NCBI GenBank assembly: GCA_001938485.1 | Contig: MQRK01250243.1 | Span: 1 to 64,000 of the forward strand | DNA length: 64,000 nucleotides | Source of the DNA: Girardia tigrina | Taxonomy: Eukaryota | Reading direction: 5' to 3' | In this document: piece after piece, positions 11,326 through 24,680 of the stretch | Position numbering within the stretch: the first letter of the stretch is position 1 | Layout of the letters: each line of letters starts with the position of its first letter | Translations under genes and position numbers: made by a program | The notes under the pieces: generated by a model | Told to the model about the DNA's origin: nothing | Seen by the model: the letters and a program-made list of their open reading frames with translations, nothing else | Database searches by the model: none

Positions 11326-12341
11326 TATTTAAATATTTGTTATTTAAATAGACAAAAGAAAACGAGATTTTAAAAATATATTATAGACAAAATCTATCGA
11401 TTTAAACAATCGATAAAAAAATCATTATTTTTAATTTAATAATAATTAAAAATCATTATTTTTAATTCAACAAAAATTGAATTAAAAATAATTTATTGAT
11501 GAAGTAAAGTTGTCACTTTACAATAAGCAAACAAATTTTTTAATTATAATTAACTTTTATAATCATTTAATTATAAATTTTAATTTGAGGAACAATCTTT
11601 TTCTAAAATTTGTTAATGTCAAACCGGAAAATTCTAATTTTAATTTATTCTTAATTTACTTATAAAATTTAATTTTTCATGATAAATTTTAATTTAACTA
11701 ATTTAATTACTAACTAATTCTAATTTCAATTTATTCTTAATTTATTTATAAAATTTAATTTCTCGTTATAAATTTTAATTTAACTAATTATTTTATTCTT
11801 CATCCAATTATTAAATTTAACTCTATCTTATTTAAATTTTAATTTACTTAATTTATTCTTATTTCTTTTTTGTTCTATTCTCGTCAATGTTATGCAAATA
11901 ATCTCATCTTGCATTTCCACTCTAACTTACAAATTTTCTTCTAATGACTTACTCCCTAACATATATAATATAAATATGGATTCCAAATATTCTTATAAAA
12001 TTCTCTTGAAAACCGATTTGCTTAAATATTCTAAAGGCGCAAATTTTGAATTATTAAATAAAATCTTGGTGGAATCACTTCGTTCTCATTTATCATGGAA
12101 ACTCCTTAAATGGCGACCACAGCCAGTATTATCAACAATCTGACACTAAAAATATTCGACTGATGCGAGGACGTGGATCAATTCGTTGCAAATTGTTAAA
12201 AAATTTTCAAATCGCTGAAATCAACGAATCGATTCATTCAATGATGGTGAAAGCATTCATCAGAAGGATTTGCTCGCAACATATGAAGCCTTCGATGAGA
12301 TGATCACCAGTTTTGCCGACAGATTGAGGAAAGCTTTCAAG

Positions 12342-12616
12342 AGGGGCGAAAGACTAATCGAACCATCTAGTAGCTGGTTCCTTCCGAAGTTTCCCTCGGG
12401 ATAGCTGGCGTTTATGATTCCGTAGTTGAACCTGGTAAAGCGAATGATTAGAAGTATTGGGGGCGAAATGCTCTCAACTAATTCTCAAACTTTAAATGGG
12501 TTCGAAGTGCGCCTCTCTTTAATATTTTTGTTGGAGGACTACATCGAATACAAATGCCTAGTGGGCCATTTTTGGTAAGCAGAACTGGAGATGTGGGATG
12601 AACCAAACATACGGTT
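12342..12616 (+). rRNA. 28S rRNA fragment (domain II pseudogene) inserted in Gypsy gag
   Basis: Conserved LSU blocks GGGGCGAAAGACTAATCGAACCATCTAGTAGCTGGTTCC, GGTAAAGCGAATGATTAG and CTAGTGGGCCATTTTTGGTAAGCAGAACTGG. Confidence 0.95.
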
Positions 12617-12974
12617 TTACTAATCGATATTACTAATTCAAGACTTGAACAAACTAATTATTTATCGTAAAGTATTGGATTCGGCAAATGCGTTCTACAA
12701 CAAAATCGAAATAATGGTCGATAGAATCTTAATCCATAAATGGAAAAAAAACATGAGTTAATGTCTTATTTTTTAACTCACTGTATGGAAGATGTATCAA
12801 GAGAAATCCAAATTTATATGCAAGAAGTCAAAGTTCCGGAAACGATTAAATCAGTAACTGAAAAAAATGGAAAACATAAAAATGACATACAGACCAAAGA
12901 AATTGCCCCAATCAACAGACAGAAGACGTTTGCGACGGTTCTGAAGGACCGTTCATCCTTCTCAATTCAATATA

Positions 12975-14910
12975 CAGTGTCTACTCTCTCATCCGCCAAA
13001 AATGGGACTTTACAAAAATGTGGCGGTTGAGAGAAAATAAAGAAAATAAAATAAAAGACAAAGTTTATTTTTTAATTAACCAATCATCCAACGTTGATTT
13101 TTTCTTACTGTTTTTTAAAGCCTTACTAATTTCATTAATACCAATCGCTGCATTTGGGTCAAAGAGTCCTTCTTAATTAAAATAGTCTTTTATCACTTGA
13201 AAAGCACTGTATACTTCCTTTTTAGTAACTTTTTTCCATTATTTCTTGATCTTCTTCATCATAAACTACATCATAAACTTCACCATTTATACTATTATCA
13301 AGAGAAATATTGTTTTCTTCGTCTGTAATGCTCAACATCACGTCTGTTTCATCAAAATCCAGCTCTTTAAACTTTTTTTCATCAATAGGATCCAAAATAT
13401 TAGTTTTCAGTATAAATTCATCAAATACATCAACTGCGTATTGATCTTTTATTTCTATATCTTTTGTTTCCCAATACCAATTAGCATGTTTAAAACAATT
13501 TGCAATTGTCGAAGTTGTTAATTCATGCCAAGCAAAACTTATCCAAACTACTGCATCTTATATTGTAAGTTTTATGTAAGAATCAAAAACATTACATCCA
13601 CTTTCAACTTTTTCAATAATATCGGACAGTTTTTTATTGGTAAAAATTGATTTAAAACACTTTATCACTCCTTCATCTAACGACTGTAGCATTACTGTTA
13701 AATTTACTGGCAAAACAAAATTTCTATGGATTTTAAATCAATATCAACACGATGTGACGGACAATTATCAATAACCAATAAAATTTTTGTTCTTGTCTTC
13801 CAAAGTTCTAAATCCCATTCCAACAGCCATTTATTAAAAATTGCGGCTGTCATCCAAGCTCTTGATGAATTTACATATTTTACATATGTCTCAATAGGAA
13901 ATTGCTTAAAACAACGTGGTTTTTTAAATTTCCCGATGACTACAGGTTTTGACTTATTCTTTCCCGTCATATTTGTACACAAAAGAACAGATATTCTATC
14001 TTTCAATATTTTATACCAGCTTCTCACATTTTTACACAAAGTTTTAGAAGGAATGAGTTTATAAAAAATGCCAGTTTCATCGGCATTGTATACATTATCC
14101 GGACCATAAGAACGAATTTTACTATTTAAAACATTTAAAAAATCTTCATTATTTGGAAGTGCTGTTGGAAAAGATTCTCCATGTAACTTCCTCAACTTAA
14201 GTTCATGTCTTGCTTTGAATTTTAGCAGCCATCCAACTGATCCTTTGAAGTCCATAATATTTTGAGTCTTTGCAATCGATAAAGCTTTGTTTATTAATAT
14301 GCTGTCATTAATTATTCCACCCGCAGAATCAATAAAGTCTATCCACGCAGATAATTCCTCGTCTATTTTTCCATATTTTAATATCGGATTGCGATATTTA
14401 TCCTTTGATTCTAAATTCACATTTTTTAATAAATCGTCTTTCTTTCTTTTTAAATCATTGATCGTCCTTCGAGAAACTTATTTTTTAAATTTATGCTCAA
14501 TCATGGACGCAATTTGATTGTCTGTTACGTGTGGATTTGCGTCACAATACCGTATAATTTCGATTTTTTCACTGATTGTAAGTCTGACACATTTTCTTTT
14601 GGATATGTTATTCATGGTCAATTTTGTCAATTTCCTTGATTTTTAAATTCGCAATTAATTGATATTTATCTGATATTTAAACAATAATTGATATTTAAAA
14701 GCATGTATTTTTCTAAATTAAACACTTTCTAAAATTATCTCATTTTAAATCTGAAAAAAAAATCAATTTTGTATCCCCTGATTCATGAGTTTAAGAAAAA
14801 AATGGCGGTTGAGAGAAATTGGTGGTTAGGAGAATTTTTCCTAACTAATACATGAGATTTTATAAAATCGTGTCGGTTGGTAGAGTTGGCGGTTCAGGAA
14901 GTAAATGTTG
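12975..14910 (-). mobile_element. pogo/Tigger DNA transposon with a CENP-B-type transposase pseudogene
   Basis: ATG at 14615; HTH, GSVGWL..FK.RH, YNADETG, DNCPSH; degenerate 25-bp TIRs, TA TSD; gag frame resumes after it. Confidence 0.9.
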
Positions 14911-17858
14911 TAATTTCCGGCCAATGAGGAGGGTAAATCAGAGCAATATGAGAAGCAAAAAAACACAAAAACTGATGCAACAATTCAGCAGGAATGATGA
15001 TAAATGTGTTGTGTGTTACAATTGCTGAAAAACTGGTCACATTCGAAGAGAATATCAATACCTAAAATGTTATGTATGTGAGGCGAATGGACACTTTTGA
15101 TATCAATTTTATCGAATTAAACATCAAGCATCGAATTTCAGTCAACGCTACTGGTCCCAAAACCAATACAGATCGACGGTAGCTGAAATGGAGGAAGATT
15201 CAAATCAGGATCCGGCCACAAGGGATATCGAGCGGCCGATAAACTCCAAGGCTCCGTCAATTCAAGAGATGATTGGAGCCCCAAATTAAAAAGTAAGAAT
15301 GTTTGGAATCCAGATAATTGTAATATAAGTAATTGAATATGTAATATTGATTATATCAATAATATTTTAATAAAAGTTTTTATAATAAATTTAAATATAA
15401 TAAAGTTAATAGTAATAATAGTTTTATTAAGGGTAATTTATGTAGTATTAATGTTAATAGAGAGATAATAGAGCATGAAATTGGGGAAGAAAATGTGAGA
15501 GTTGAATTTATTATGAATCCGAGGGCTAAAATCGATTATAGAATATTTAGAAGACCAAGTATTAGAGCTAAAATATTGGAAGCAGAATTAGATTGCTTAT
15601 TAGATACTGGGCCCGTATTAACGTATTGGATGTAGATATTACCTACCGTTATTAAATATTACCCTACCATTGTAAATATTACCCATCGTTTTCACATTTC
15701 AGTAGGTAAGAATGAAAGATCAGCAGTTATTTGCGCAAATGGAAGTTGGATTGACATAATTGGCATTTGTTATATACCAGTTATTTGGAAAAGATACAAC
15801 ATTTATTTTATATTGTTAAGAAAGTGTCTCCCCCTATTATCTTTGGTATAAAATTAATTAGAGCTTTAGAATTTGAATTATGACAAGGAATAGATATGAA
15901 ATGCAAAAATGAGGAGACAGTGAACTCAGGATGTACAAAAATAGTACATTAGACTTTAACATAGACAAATATAAGTATGGTGAGGCAGAGAGATTCTCGA
16001 ATGAAAAAGAAAAACTCCAGCTGGTAAAAGGTTCACAATCGTATGGATGTATAGAAAAATTTTTAAATGTGTTTATGGCTGGAAAATGGGACATTGGAAG
16101 ACCTTTTAATTAAACATCGAATTGAAACGTCAGAGGAACCAATATTAAAGAAACTGCGAATACAACCCAACCATTTAGAAAGCCATATTGAGGAAGCAAT
16201 TAAGAATTTAGAGCAACATGGAATAATAAAGAAAGGTTCTCCCCATGGAACACACACAGAGAGGTCGACATTCCCTATGCCCAAAATTGACGAGATGCTG
16301 GATTCTTTAATATGAATGAAATCTTTTAGGAGCATTGATTTAGGTAATGCATACTATCAATTAGAACTAGAGGAATCTTCAAGATTAAAAATAGCTTTCT
16401 CCACAAAAATAAGACAATTCTGTTTTACTAGAATGCCGTTCGGTATTGCTCCAGCAACCTTCCAGGAACTGATTACAGATGTTCTGAAAGAAATGTTATG
16501 GAAAGAGGCTTTAGTGTATCTGGATGATATTTTAATATTTTAAAAAATGGAAAGGGAACATATGGAAAGATTGGAGAAAGTATTTTCGAGAATACAGAGA
16601 GCAGGATTACGAATAAATCCAGAAAAATGTAGCTTTCTGCGACACGAATTGCGATTTTTGGGACACATCGTAAACAAAAATGGTATTAAGATAAACCTGG
16701 AAAATATGAAAAGGATTTTTGAATACGAAAAACAGAAATGTGTGAAGAAGGAGCTCAGTTTTCTCGGTATATACAATTATTGTCGGTAGTTTATAAAGAA
16801 CTACTTGGAAGTTTCTAAGCCATTAGAAGAGATGTGTGGAAGTTAAAAGGATAAGCTGTATTGGTCCGAATCTCATGATGAGGCTTTTAAAAAATTTACA
16901 ATATACAAAGGAGTTTATACTAGATACGGATGCATCGTTTGACACGACAGGGGTAGTTTTGGCACCAGAAAACAAAAATGGTGAGGAACAAATAAATGCA
17001 TATAGATCAAAGTCTGACAAAACAAGAAATTAGATACTACATAACTACAAAGGAATTATTTGCATTTTTCATTTCACGTAATACTTTAAACATTGTCTTT
17101 ACGGGGCTCGATTTAAACTGCAAACTGATCATAAAACTATTACATGTATGATGACTTCAAAAAAACGATTATGCCACAATTTCAGAATTGGATGAATTAT
17201 TTAAGTAGTTTATATATGAAGCTGGAATATCGAAACGGAGAATTATACTAAAACGCAGACGCGTTATCACAAACTGACTGTATGTTATGCGCACAATGTT
17301 TGACACAACACGAACGAGCAAAAACGATCAAATCAAAGACAATCGAAGAGGAGAAATTCGTTATCCTTTGGCAACAAAATAAGGAAGAGATGCTGGGAAT
17401 AATGCCAAGACTAAACGGGAACCAAGAAATGAAATTTAAAGAACGAGATGGTTACATAAGGACAACGGAGGATATGATTTGGATCCAAAAATGTTCAAGA
17501 AATGAGAGCATTACTTTCTTTCACAAAATTTTGTGCTACGCGGGTGTAAAGAAAACATTCGAATTTATGAAAAAAAGAATACGATATGGAAATAATTGCA
17601 AAACAGGTCGAAACAAACATACTAGAATGTTCAGTCTGTCAAATTTCCAATATATATACATGAGTCACAAAAGAAGAAAGTCACAAAACTGGGTAAAATT
17701 ACTTCCGAAAATTGAATTGAGCGTAAATGCTTCAATATAAAAAACTGTAGGATATAGTCCCGCAGAAGTGATTCTCGAAAAGTTAACAGTTAAAAATTTA
17801 TTTTCAAAGAAACACACTAAAAAATAATTAATAAACAAATTATTTATCCAGTACCATA

Positions 17859-18440
17859 TGTTGTAGTTCTGTGTTTTTCAAAAACATCTGAACATATTTT
17901 GGGAACTGAGTTATTTGACTTTGAGCCTCCAGGTTATCGGTAACCAACCATAAGATATTGTTATATTGATGTAATTTCTGCGTGTGTATTTTAGCTCTTT
18001 ACCTCTTATACTTACGACTTCAACTTGCCTCTCAACCCCCATATCATCTGCAAGCAGTGATAGGTGATGAGGACATTCCAGGTTCCAGACCTACACAGGT
18101 TTAAGACTAGATAGGCCAGATCAGCTCTAATGGGTGTGATGTGATGTTATGATTGAATATAATTTGTATTAATGTGTTGACCCCAGGATGTGATATTATA
18201 TGTTTTATGTTTATGTGTTATGCCCCCTAGCAGGTATGAAATATTATGTCGAAAATCCATCTTTTATTATTTTATTCATTACGAATTTATTTACAAAAGT
18301 GGAGACTCGAATATCCTGACACAGATTGTATGTTTATGTGTGTGATTTTAGTGTTAAGACGCAGTGTTAAGATGAAAAAAGAGACGCTAACTGATTTTAA
18401 CTATTTGGTGCTTGTCATATTTTAAAATACCGAAACAACA
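17859..18440. repeat. LTR-like segment
   Basis: TGTTGT..ACAACA termini but no matching TSD; shares CATCTGCAAGCAGTG with about 43763. Confidence 0.35.
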
Positions 18441-19974
18441 ACTCATATCAAGCAAAAATAAAAATTTATTTATTAAAACATTTTACGACGTTGTCGATTC
18501 TTTTACGAATTCTCTGTCGTTGACGCCGCTTTAAATAACCTTCGCCTCTGTAATCGGCGATCGACCATTGCGTTTCCAAGGTGCGCGACTCCTTTCCTTC
18601 CTCAGCTCTCACCTTTTGTCGCATTTGCAATTGCAATTGCTCAGAATAGAGCTGCTTTAACTCGTGGATCCGATTCTCCATCATAATGCCCCGCTTTACT
18701 ACGCGTGCGTATTCTTCGGGTTCGACAGAAGCGTCTTTTACTGCTCTAAAAACTTGCGGATAAACGATTTACATTGTCGCGTAAATTGAGCCTTTCTCTA
18801 CGACCTGCAGCTCTGCCCCTTTTCAATAAATTATTCTCTTCTTAAAGACGCTCGATGGTCATCTTAGCCTGTTGTAATTCAATTTGTTGAAACACCTGGA
18901 AGGATTATTAAAAGAGAGTTATGAGTTATTTTTTTCGTTCTTTATTCTTATTCTACGTAAGCGGTCGAGAAAGATAGTAGTTTGATTTCAAATCTGCTCA
19001 TCGGTATGAAGTCTTTCGGGCTTTGTTGTCACCCTTATACTCCAAAGCCGGGGACTTATTCTGGATACGATGAATCGTGGGCCAGAACCAGCCGTCAAGA
19101 ATTTTGTGTAAATCATTTTTTAACGGTTACTCTACCCAAGGGTATTCAAGCTGAAATCGTAAAATTGTACTATTACATAAGATAATTAACTTAAATTTAA
19201 ATGTTAGAGATCATTTATAATATCGTTACAATAATATTAACAGAAAATTAATCAATATTCAAATGAGACAAAGACATGTTAAAATTATAATGAGATAAAA
19301 ATAAAATACATATTCCAATTCAAATATTAAAAAAATTAGATAATATGTGCATAAAATAAATATACAATTGATGGGAACCGACCGACTTACAGAAAAGAAA
19401 AATTTAAATATTCGGGACCCGAGAGAGAGAGTAACTCACTACTCTTTCCCTCGGTCGCGAAAATTCGACAATACCTGTTGCGATTTTATTCTTGAAATAT
19501 TGTCGAAATTGTTCTGCAAAAATTAATCTCAAAATTTCACTATAAATTTTTAACTCAAAAATTTTAACTCCAAAAATTTATATCTGATTTTCTCTAAAAA
19601 TCACTCAGTATTTATCTGGGATTCTGTTCTAAATTTTTCGCGTGTCCGTTCTTAATTTGTCCACGAACGTTTTGGAATTGTACGACCAATTTCAATTGGA
19701 ACACGTCTATTTATTATTTTTGATTATTATTATTTTTAATATTATTATTTTTGATTATTTTTCCTTAGAATTCCTGTTATTCGATGTTGATTGTGTCTTC
19801 TTGATTTGTATACGATTTTTCTAATTATTTTGAGATTTTTCTGCATCCATTTCGTGGGTTTATATCATTATTTATCTTTTTGGCGATGTTCCAATTAATC
19901 CAATTTTACATTTATTCGATACTATTCTACTATTTTTGATGCGGTTATTATTTTTTATTGTTTGTAAATTTTGA

Positions 19975-21458
19975 ACTTCCACATAGTTTCTCTAATGGTT
20001 TAGATAATTTCGAATATTGTTGAATAAATTTCCTGTAATAGTTACATAACCCCAAGAAACTGCGTAACTTTTTAATAAAATTTGGTTTTTCGAAATCTTG
20101 AATTGCTCTGACTTTTTCAGGATCTGTCTTAATTCCATCTCTGTTAACGATGTGACCTAAAAATTTTAATTCTGTTTGAAAAAGTTTACACTTTTCTGGG
20201 TTTATTCTGAGTCATGCAGCTTGAATCTTCAAAAATAGCTTATCCAGTCGGTCTAAATGTTGTGCTTCTGTTTCTGAAAATATTAAAATGTCGTCCAGGT
20301 AAACTAATGCTTCCTTCAGTAACATTTCTCCCAAAACATCTGTCATCAACTTTTGAAACGTTGCTGGTGCCGCTGCTATGCCGAAAGGCATTCTCGTAAA
20401 ACAGAACTGTCCTGTTTTGGTTGAAAAGGCAGTTTTCAATCTCGAATTTTCTTCAAACTCCACTTGATAGTAAGCGTTTCATAAATCCACAGAACTAAAC
20501 CATCGGGCTCCTTTCGAAGAATCTAGCATCTCATCTATATTTGACATTGGGAAAGCAGGTCTTTCTGTAATCTGATTTAAAAGTCTAAAGTCTAGACACA
20601 AGCGAATTTCCTTTTTCTCTTTCTTCCATACGCAGAATATGGGTGTGTTCCAAGGGGAAGAACATTTCATTATTATTCCATGTTGTTCCAAATTCCATAT
20701 TGCTTCATCAATATGGTTTTCCAAGTGAGCTGATTGACGACGGGGTTTCTGTAATATGGGATCACCTATTGTCTTAATCTCATGCTTCACTAACTTAGTC
20801 TTCCCTATATCCAATTTACCAGTCATAAATATATTTTTGTATTTTTCGACGCACCTATATAAAACTGTATTAGTCTTCAGATTTAATTTGTCAATTGCAT
20901 TTTGCATTCTATGTTTCTCATTATATTGAAATTCACATACATATGGGTCTAATGCACAAATATTCGTCTTTGAATCGCTCATTATATCCTCTTTTTCAGA
21001 TGTAATCACTCCATTACATTTAAGTTCGAAACCTAAATCACTTATTAATTTCATTCCAAAAATAACAGATGGAAATACTCTCTTCGCGACATAAAACAAT
21101 GCATTTATTCTTACATTCCGCCACATAACATTAATTCTACATGTTCCTGACAACTCCATACCACTACCATTGGCACAAACTACATTCATTATAGATTTAT
21201 TATCAATCAAAATCTGTAACTCTTTAACAATCTTTTCATCCAATACATTAATTCGAGCTCCTGTGTCAAGCAAACAGTATAATTCCAAACCCCCAATTTT
21301 TGTCAACATGCTTGGCCTCCCACTAAAAACATTATAACTTAACTTATCTTTCGAATTCATTACAAATGTTAATAAATATCGATCTTCGCCCTTCAAGATT
21401 GTACTACCTCTAGTATTCTCTATAAATGCTATACCCTCTACATTAGTTACATTACTGC

Positions 21459-21498
<40 letters not shown>

Positions 21499-22712
21499 AA
21501 TACTACCAATATCATAATTACGATATATATTATTACTATTATAAATACATTTACAACTACTAATATTACATATATAANNNNNNNNNNNNNNNNNNNNNNN
21601 NNNNNNNNNNNNNNNNNNNNNNNNNNNNNNNNNNNNNNNNNNNNNNNNNNNNNNNNNNNNNNTGATATCCTAAATGTCCATGGCTATCGCATTTGGAACA
21701 TTTAACATATGGGCAATCTTTCCGAATATGTCCAACATCACGGCATCCATAGCAAATTCTTGATATTTCTGGACAATCTCGTCGAATGTGTCCAGATTTC
21801 CTGCAATGATAACAAACAAAAGATTTACCATCCTTTTCACCATTTTGTTGTATGGATCCTTTTGGAATTGTTGCATATCTTTTAAAATCTCTTGGATTGC
21901 TTCTTTGATTTTGAAAACTTTGGTGGATCGGAAATTGGGAACGGGCTTTCAAGACATTTGCAAAGGTTTTCTGTCTTTGAATATTAGCGATTTCATTGAC
22001 TTCCACTTCCGATTTAATAGTCTCCATCTTCTCAATAACACATTTTATTGCCTCTGGTGATTTTGCTTCATGCATTAAAATTTGAGTCTTCATATTGACA
22101 TCTTCCACACAATGGGTCAAAAAATAGGACATTAGTTCTTGCTTGTTCCATTTGTGATTCAGAATTTTATCGACCATTTTTTCCACTTTATTGAAAAATC
22201 TAGGAGCCGAGTCTGATCCTTTACGATAAGTCATCAGGTCTTGTAAATCTTGGATCAACGATGTTGGTTTTTTGAACGCTTTCAGTAATCGTTCTGCAAA
22301 ATCCACGATTTTCGAATCTACTGCTTCATATGTTGCGAGTAGGTCTCTTCCGATAAATGCTTTCACCATAAGCATTTGGATTGAATCATTGATTTGACAT
22401 ACTTCGAAAAATCGTGGACAATCGCCGATGAAGTCTTCTAGATCGCTGTTCCTATCGAATATCTTCGGTGCTAAATTATTAACGATGCTAGGCGTGGCCG
22501 CCATGTAAGAATTATCCAATAAAAATCGAAACTCAAAGAAATATTTATTTCCAATCAAAAATTAAATTAAGCGCGTAATTTATCATTACGTTGATTGATT
22601 TAAACAATTTCAGGAGTCTATATAATCATATAATGGATCCTTTATATATTTATAAATAGAGATATGAATTTAAATATAAATATGTATTGATATTAATTTA
22701 ATTATCATAACA
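19975..22712 (-). mobile_element. Gypsy LTR retrotransposon 2 (5' LTR, gag, protease, RT; 3' truncated)
   Basis: LTR TGTTATG..CTTACA 22712-22504, PBS TGGCGGCCAC, gag with three CCHC knuckles, LLDTGA, YLDD. Confidence 0.92.
21663..22504 (-). CDS. Gypsy gag (open into the assembly gap)
   Basis: MAATPSIVNNL..; CYHCRKSGHIRRDC, CYGCRDVGHIRKDC, CSKCDSHGH. Confidence 0.85.
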
Positions 22713-23879
22713 GTAACGCTTTGGTAAACATTGTTATATCTTTCACGGATTTGAGGTGCTACCCATACATGCATAAATTATATCTGCCAATTATCAAAAA
22801 TTAAGTTTAGTACCCCGGAGTATTAGTGTTCGTTAATTTATTACCTTTACCAAATTTGGTAAACTGACGATGTTTGAAAATGAAATACTTCGAATTTTAC
22901 TACAAGATTTTTATTTTTATAATTATATTTATCATATTGATAAGTAAAACAAAAGCAATATTGTGTTTAATAAAAATCGAACTTCTTATTAATTATCACA
23001 ATTAATGTTAGTTTTAATGAGATAATTTAATCAAAATATATTTAATTAATTACGTTACCGTCAAATGAGACAAATTTTTGATTATTTTTTACGGAATATG
23101 ATTGGATGAAATTTTAATTATATACGAATATGAAATATCATAAAGAATTTAATTAACGTATCTATGGAAATTGAATTAATTCACTTTCAATAAATGATTC
23201 AAATTTTTAGTCGAATTTTAAAAATGATCGAAAATAAAAATGATCTTAGTTCCGAATTTATCTTATAATTTATCTGTTTATTTAAATTTAAAAATACGAT
23301 TAAATATAATTTGTTTACGTGTAAATAATCGGTAAAAATTAAATAATAATGATTAATAAAAATCAAAACAATTTTTAGTTTATTTTGTTGGCATGGTTAC
23401 ACGTTAAAACAAAGTACTGAATTTACGATTTTTAAATATAATTCCTAAAAATAATACTTAATTTTCTCACACTAAGGATATAAAGTCCATTTAATCGACT
23501 AAATACATTTCAGAGTATGTTAAAATAAATATCATTTACGGTTTCAAGTGAATTACGATAAGTTTTAAATCAAAAGGTTAACTGATTGTCGCTATTTAAT
23601 CATACTGAAAATATCATTAATATATGAACACCAAATTATGTTATTAAAAAAGGCTATCGATAATAAGAAATAACAAAAATAAATAAAAGTTGCGAAAAAA
23701 AACGCAAAAAAAGCTAACTGAAAAACGCATTTACCGAATAATAAAGTAAATTCAATTACTAAAATTTTATTGCTATAACTAATTAGCGAGAAAATGGCGA
23801 CCATTTTTTTGATTTCATAAAATAACGATTTTTGATCATTAAAAAATTTTAGGAAAATAATAACCTATTAATTAAAAAT

Positions 23880-24107
23880 AAACTTGAAAAACGATGGCAA
23901 TTTTTTATTATAAACAAATAAACGCCATTTAAAAATATATTTTAGGATAATATATTTCGATAGTTTAACCGTCATCATCAGATCACTGATTATGTTCTTT
24001 TTTATTGCGTTTATATAAGAAAGGAATGATTATGCAATCACTTACGTAAGTCTAATCGAAAACTCTTAACAAATTAGTTGAGAGTGCTGTTTGAACATTG
24101 ATCCTAC
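23880..24107 (-). mobile_element. Penelope-like pLTR fragment
   Basis: Near identical to 38361-38600 and to the inverse of 39400-39587. Confidence 0.85.
23946..23984 (-). ncRNA. Minimal type I hammerhead motif (stem II mutated)
   Basis: GAU-CUGAUGA-U-GACGGU UAA ACUAUC-GAAA-UAUA-UU-AUC. Confidence 0.65.
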
Positions 24108-24680
24108 ATTGATCCTACTTTGCTACTACACATTAAATCAATTTAGTTCCACGACAAGAAAATTTTTCATGGACTTCCACAGTCATAACGTTTTAAATCA
24201 TCAATAGGAAATGAATCTTTTAAATAATAATAACTGTTTTCAAAGTGGACAATAAGATGATAACGAGCGGTAAAGTTGAGTAATATGTGGCAATGAATTC
24301 TATAACATTTATAAATTTTATTGAGTTTAAACTATTTATTAAAGCTTTGATTCAAATTGACTTTCGCAGAGATAATTGGAAATATATATTCTTTTACAAA
24401 ATCCCTACATCTAATATCATAAACTAGGGATAGCAGCAATAATCAAAATGCTTACAATACCAAATGAAGCAGAAAATCAGGTGATATGATGCAAAAAAGA
24501 GGGTGACCCTCTAAAACTTCAACTACTTAATTATATCTGTTAGGAATTAAAAATGTTAGGAAAATTTTTGAAAGAAGGTTATATTAAATATGTACAAATT
24601 AAAATTTTTATATAATTAAATATGTAACGTTTGAAAAAAATAAAGTTACTAAAATTAATAAGATCAATTAAATTGATAAT

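Larger units (their letters stand above)
11888..17800 (+). mobile_element. Gypsy LTR retrotransposon 1, degenerate
   Basis: 5' LTR TGTTATG..CTTAAA 11888-12110, PBS TGGCGACCAC, gag with CCHC, LLDTG protease, YLDD RT, TDAS RNase H, partly deleted integrase; interrupted by a 28S fragment and a pogo element. Confidence 0.9.

Noticed and set aside
12342-12616. Functional rDNA locus
   Set aside because: Only 275 bp and embedded in gag, with no other rDNA nearby
15290-15470. Non-coding gag-pol spacer or intron (GTAAG at 15293)
   Set aside because: The equivalent region of Gypsy 2 is open and in frame with pol, and slippery-site/hairpin signals explain it better
22864-22895. CTGACGA..GAAA hammerhead-like string
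   Set aside because: No credible stem I, II or III
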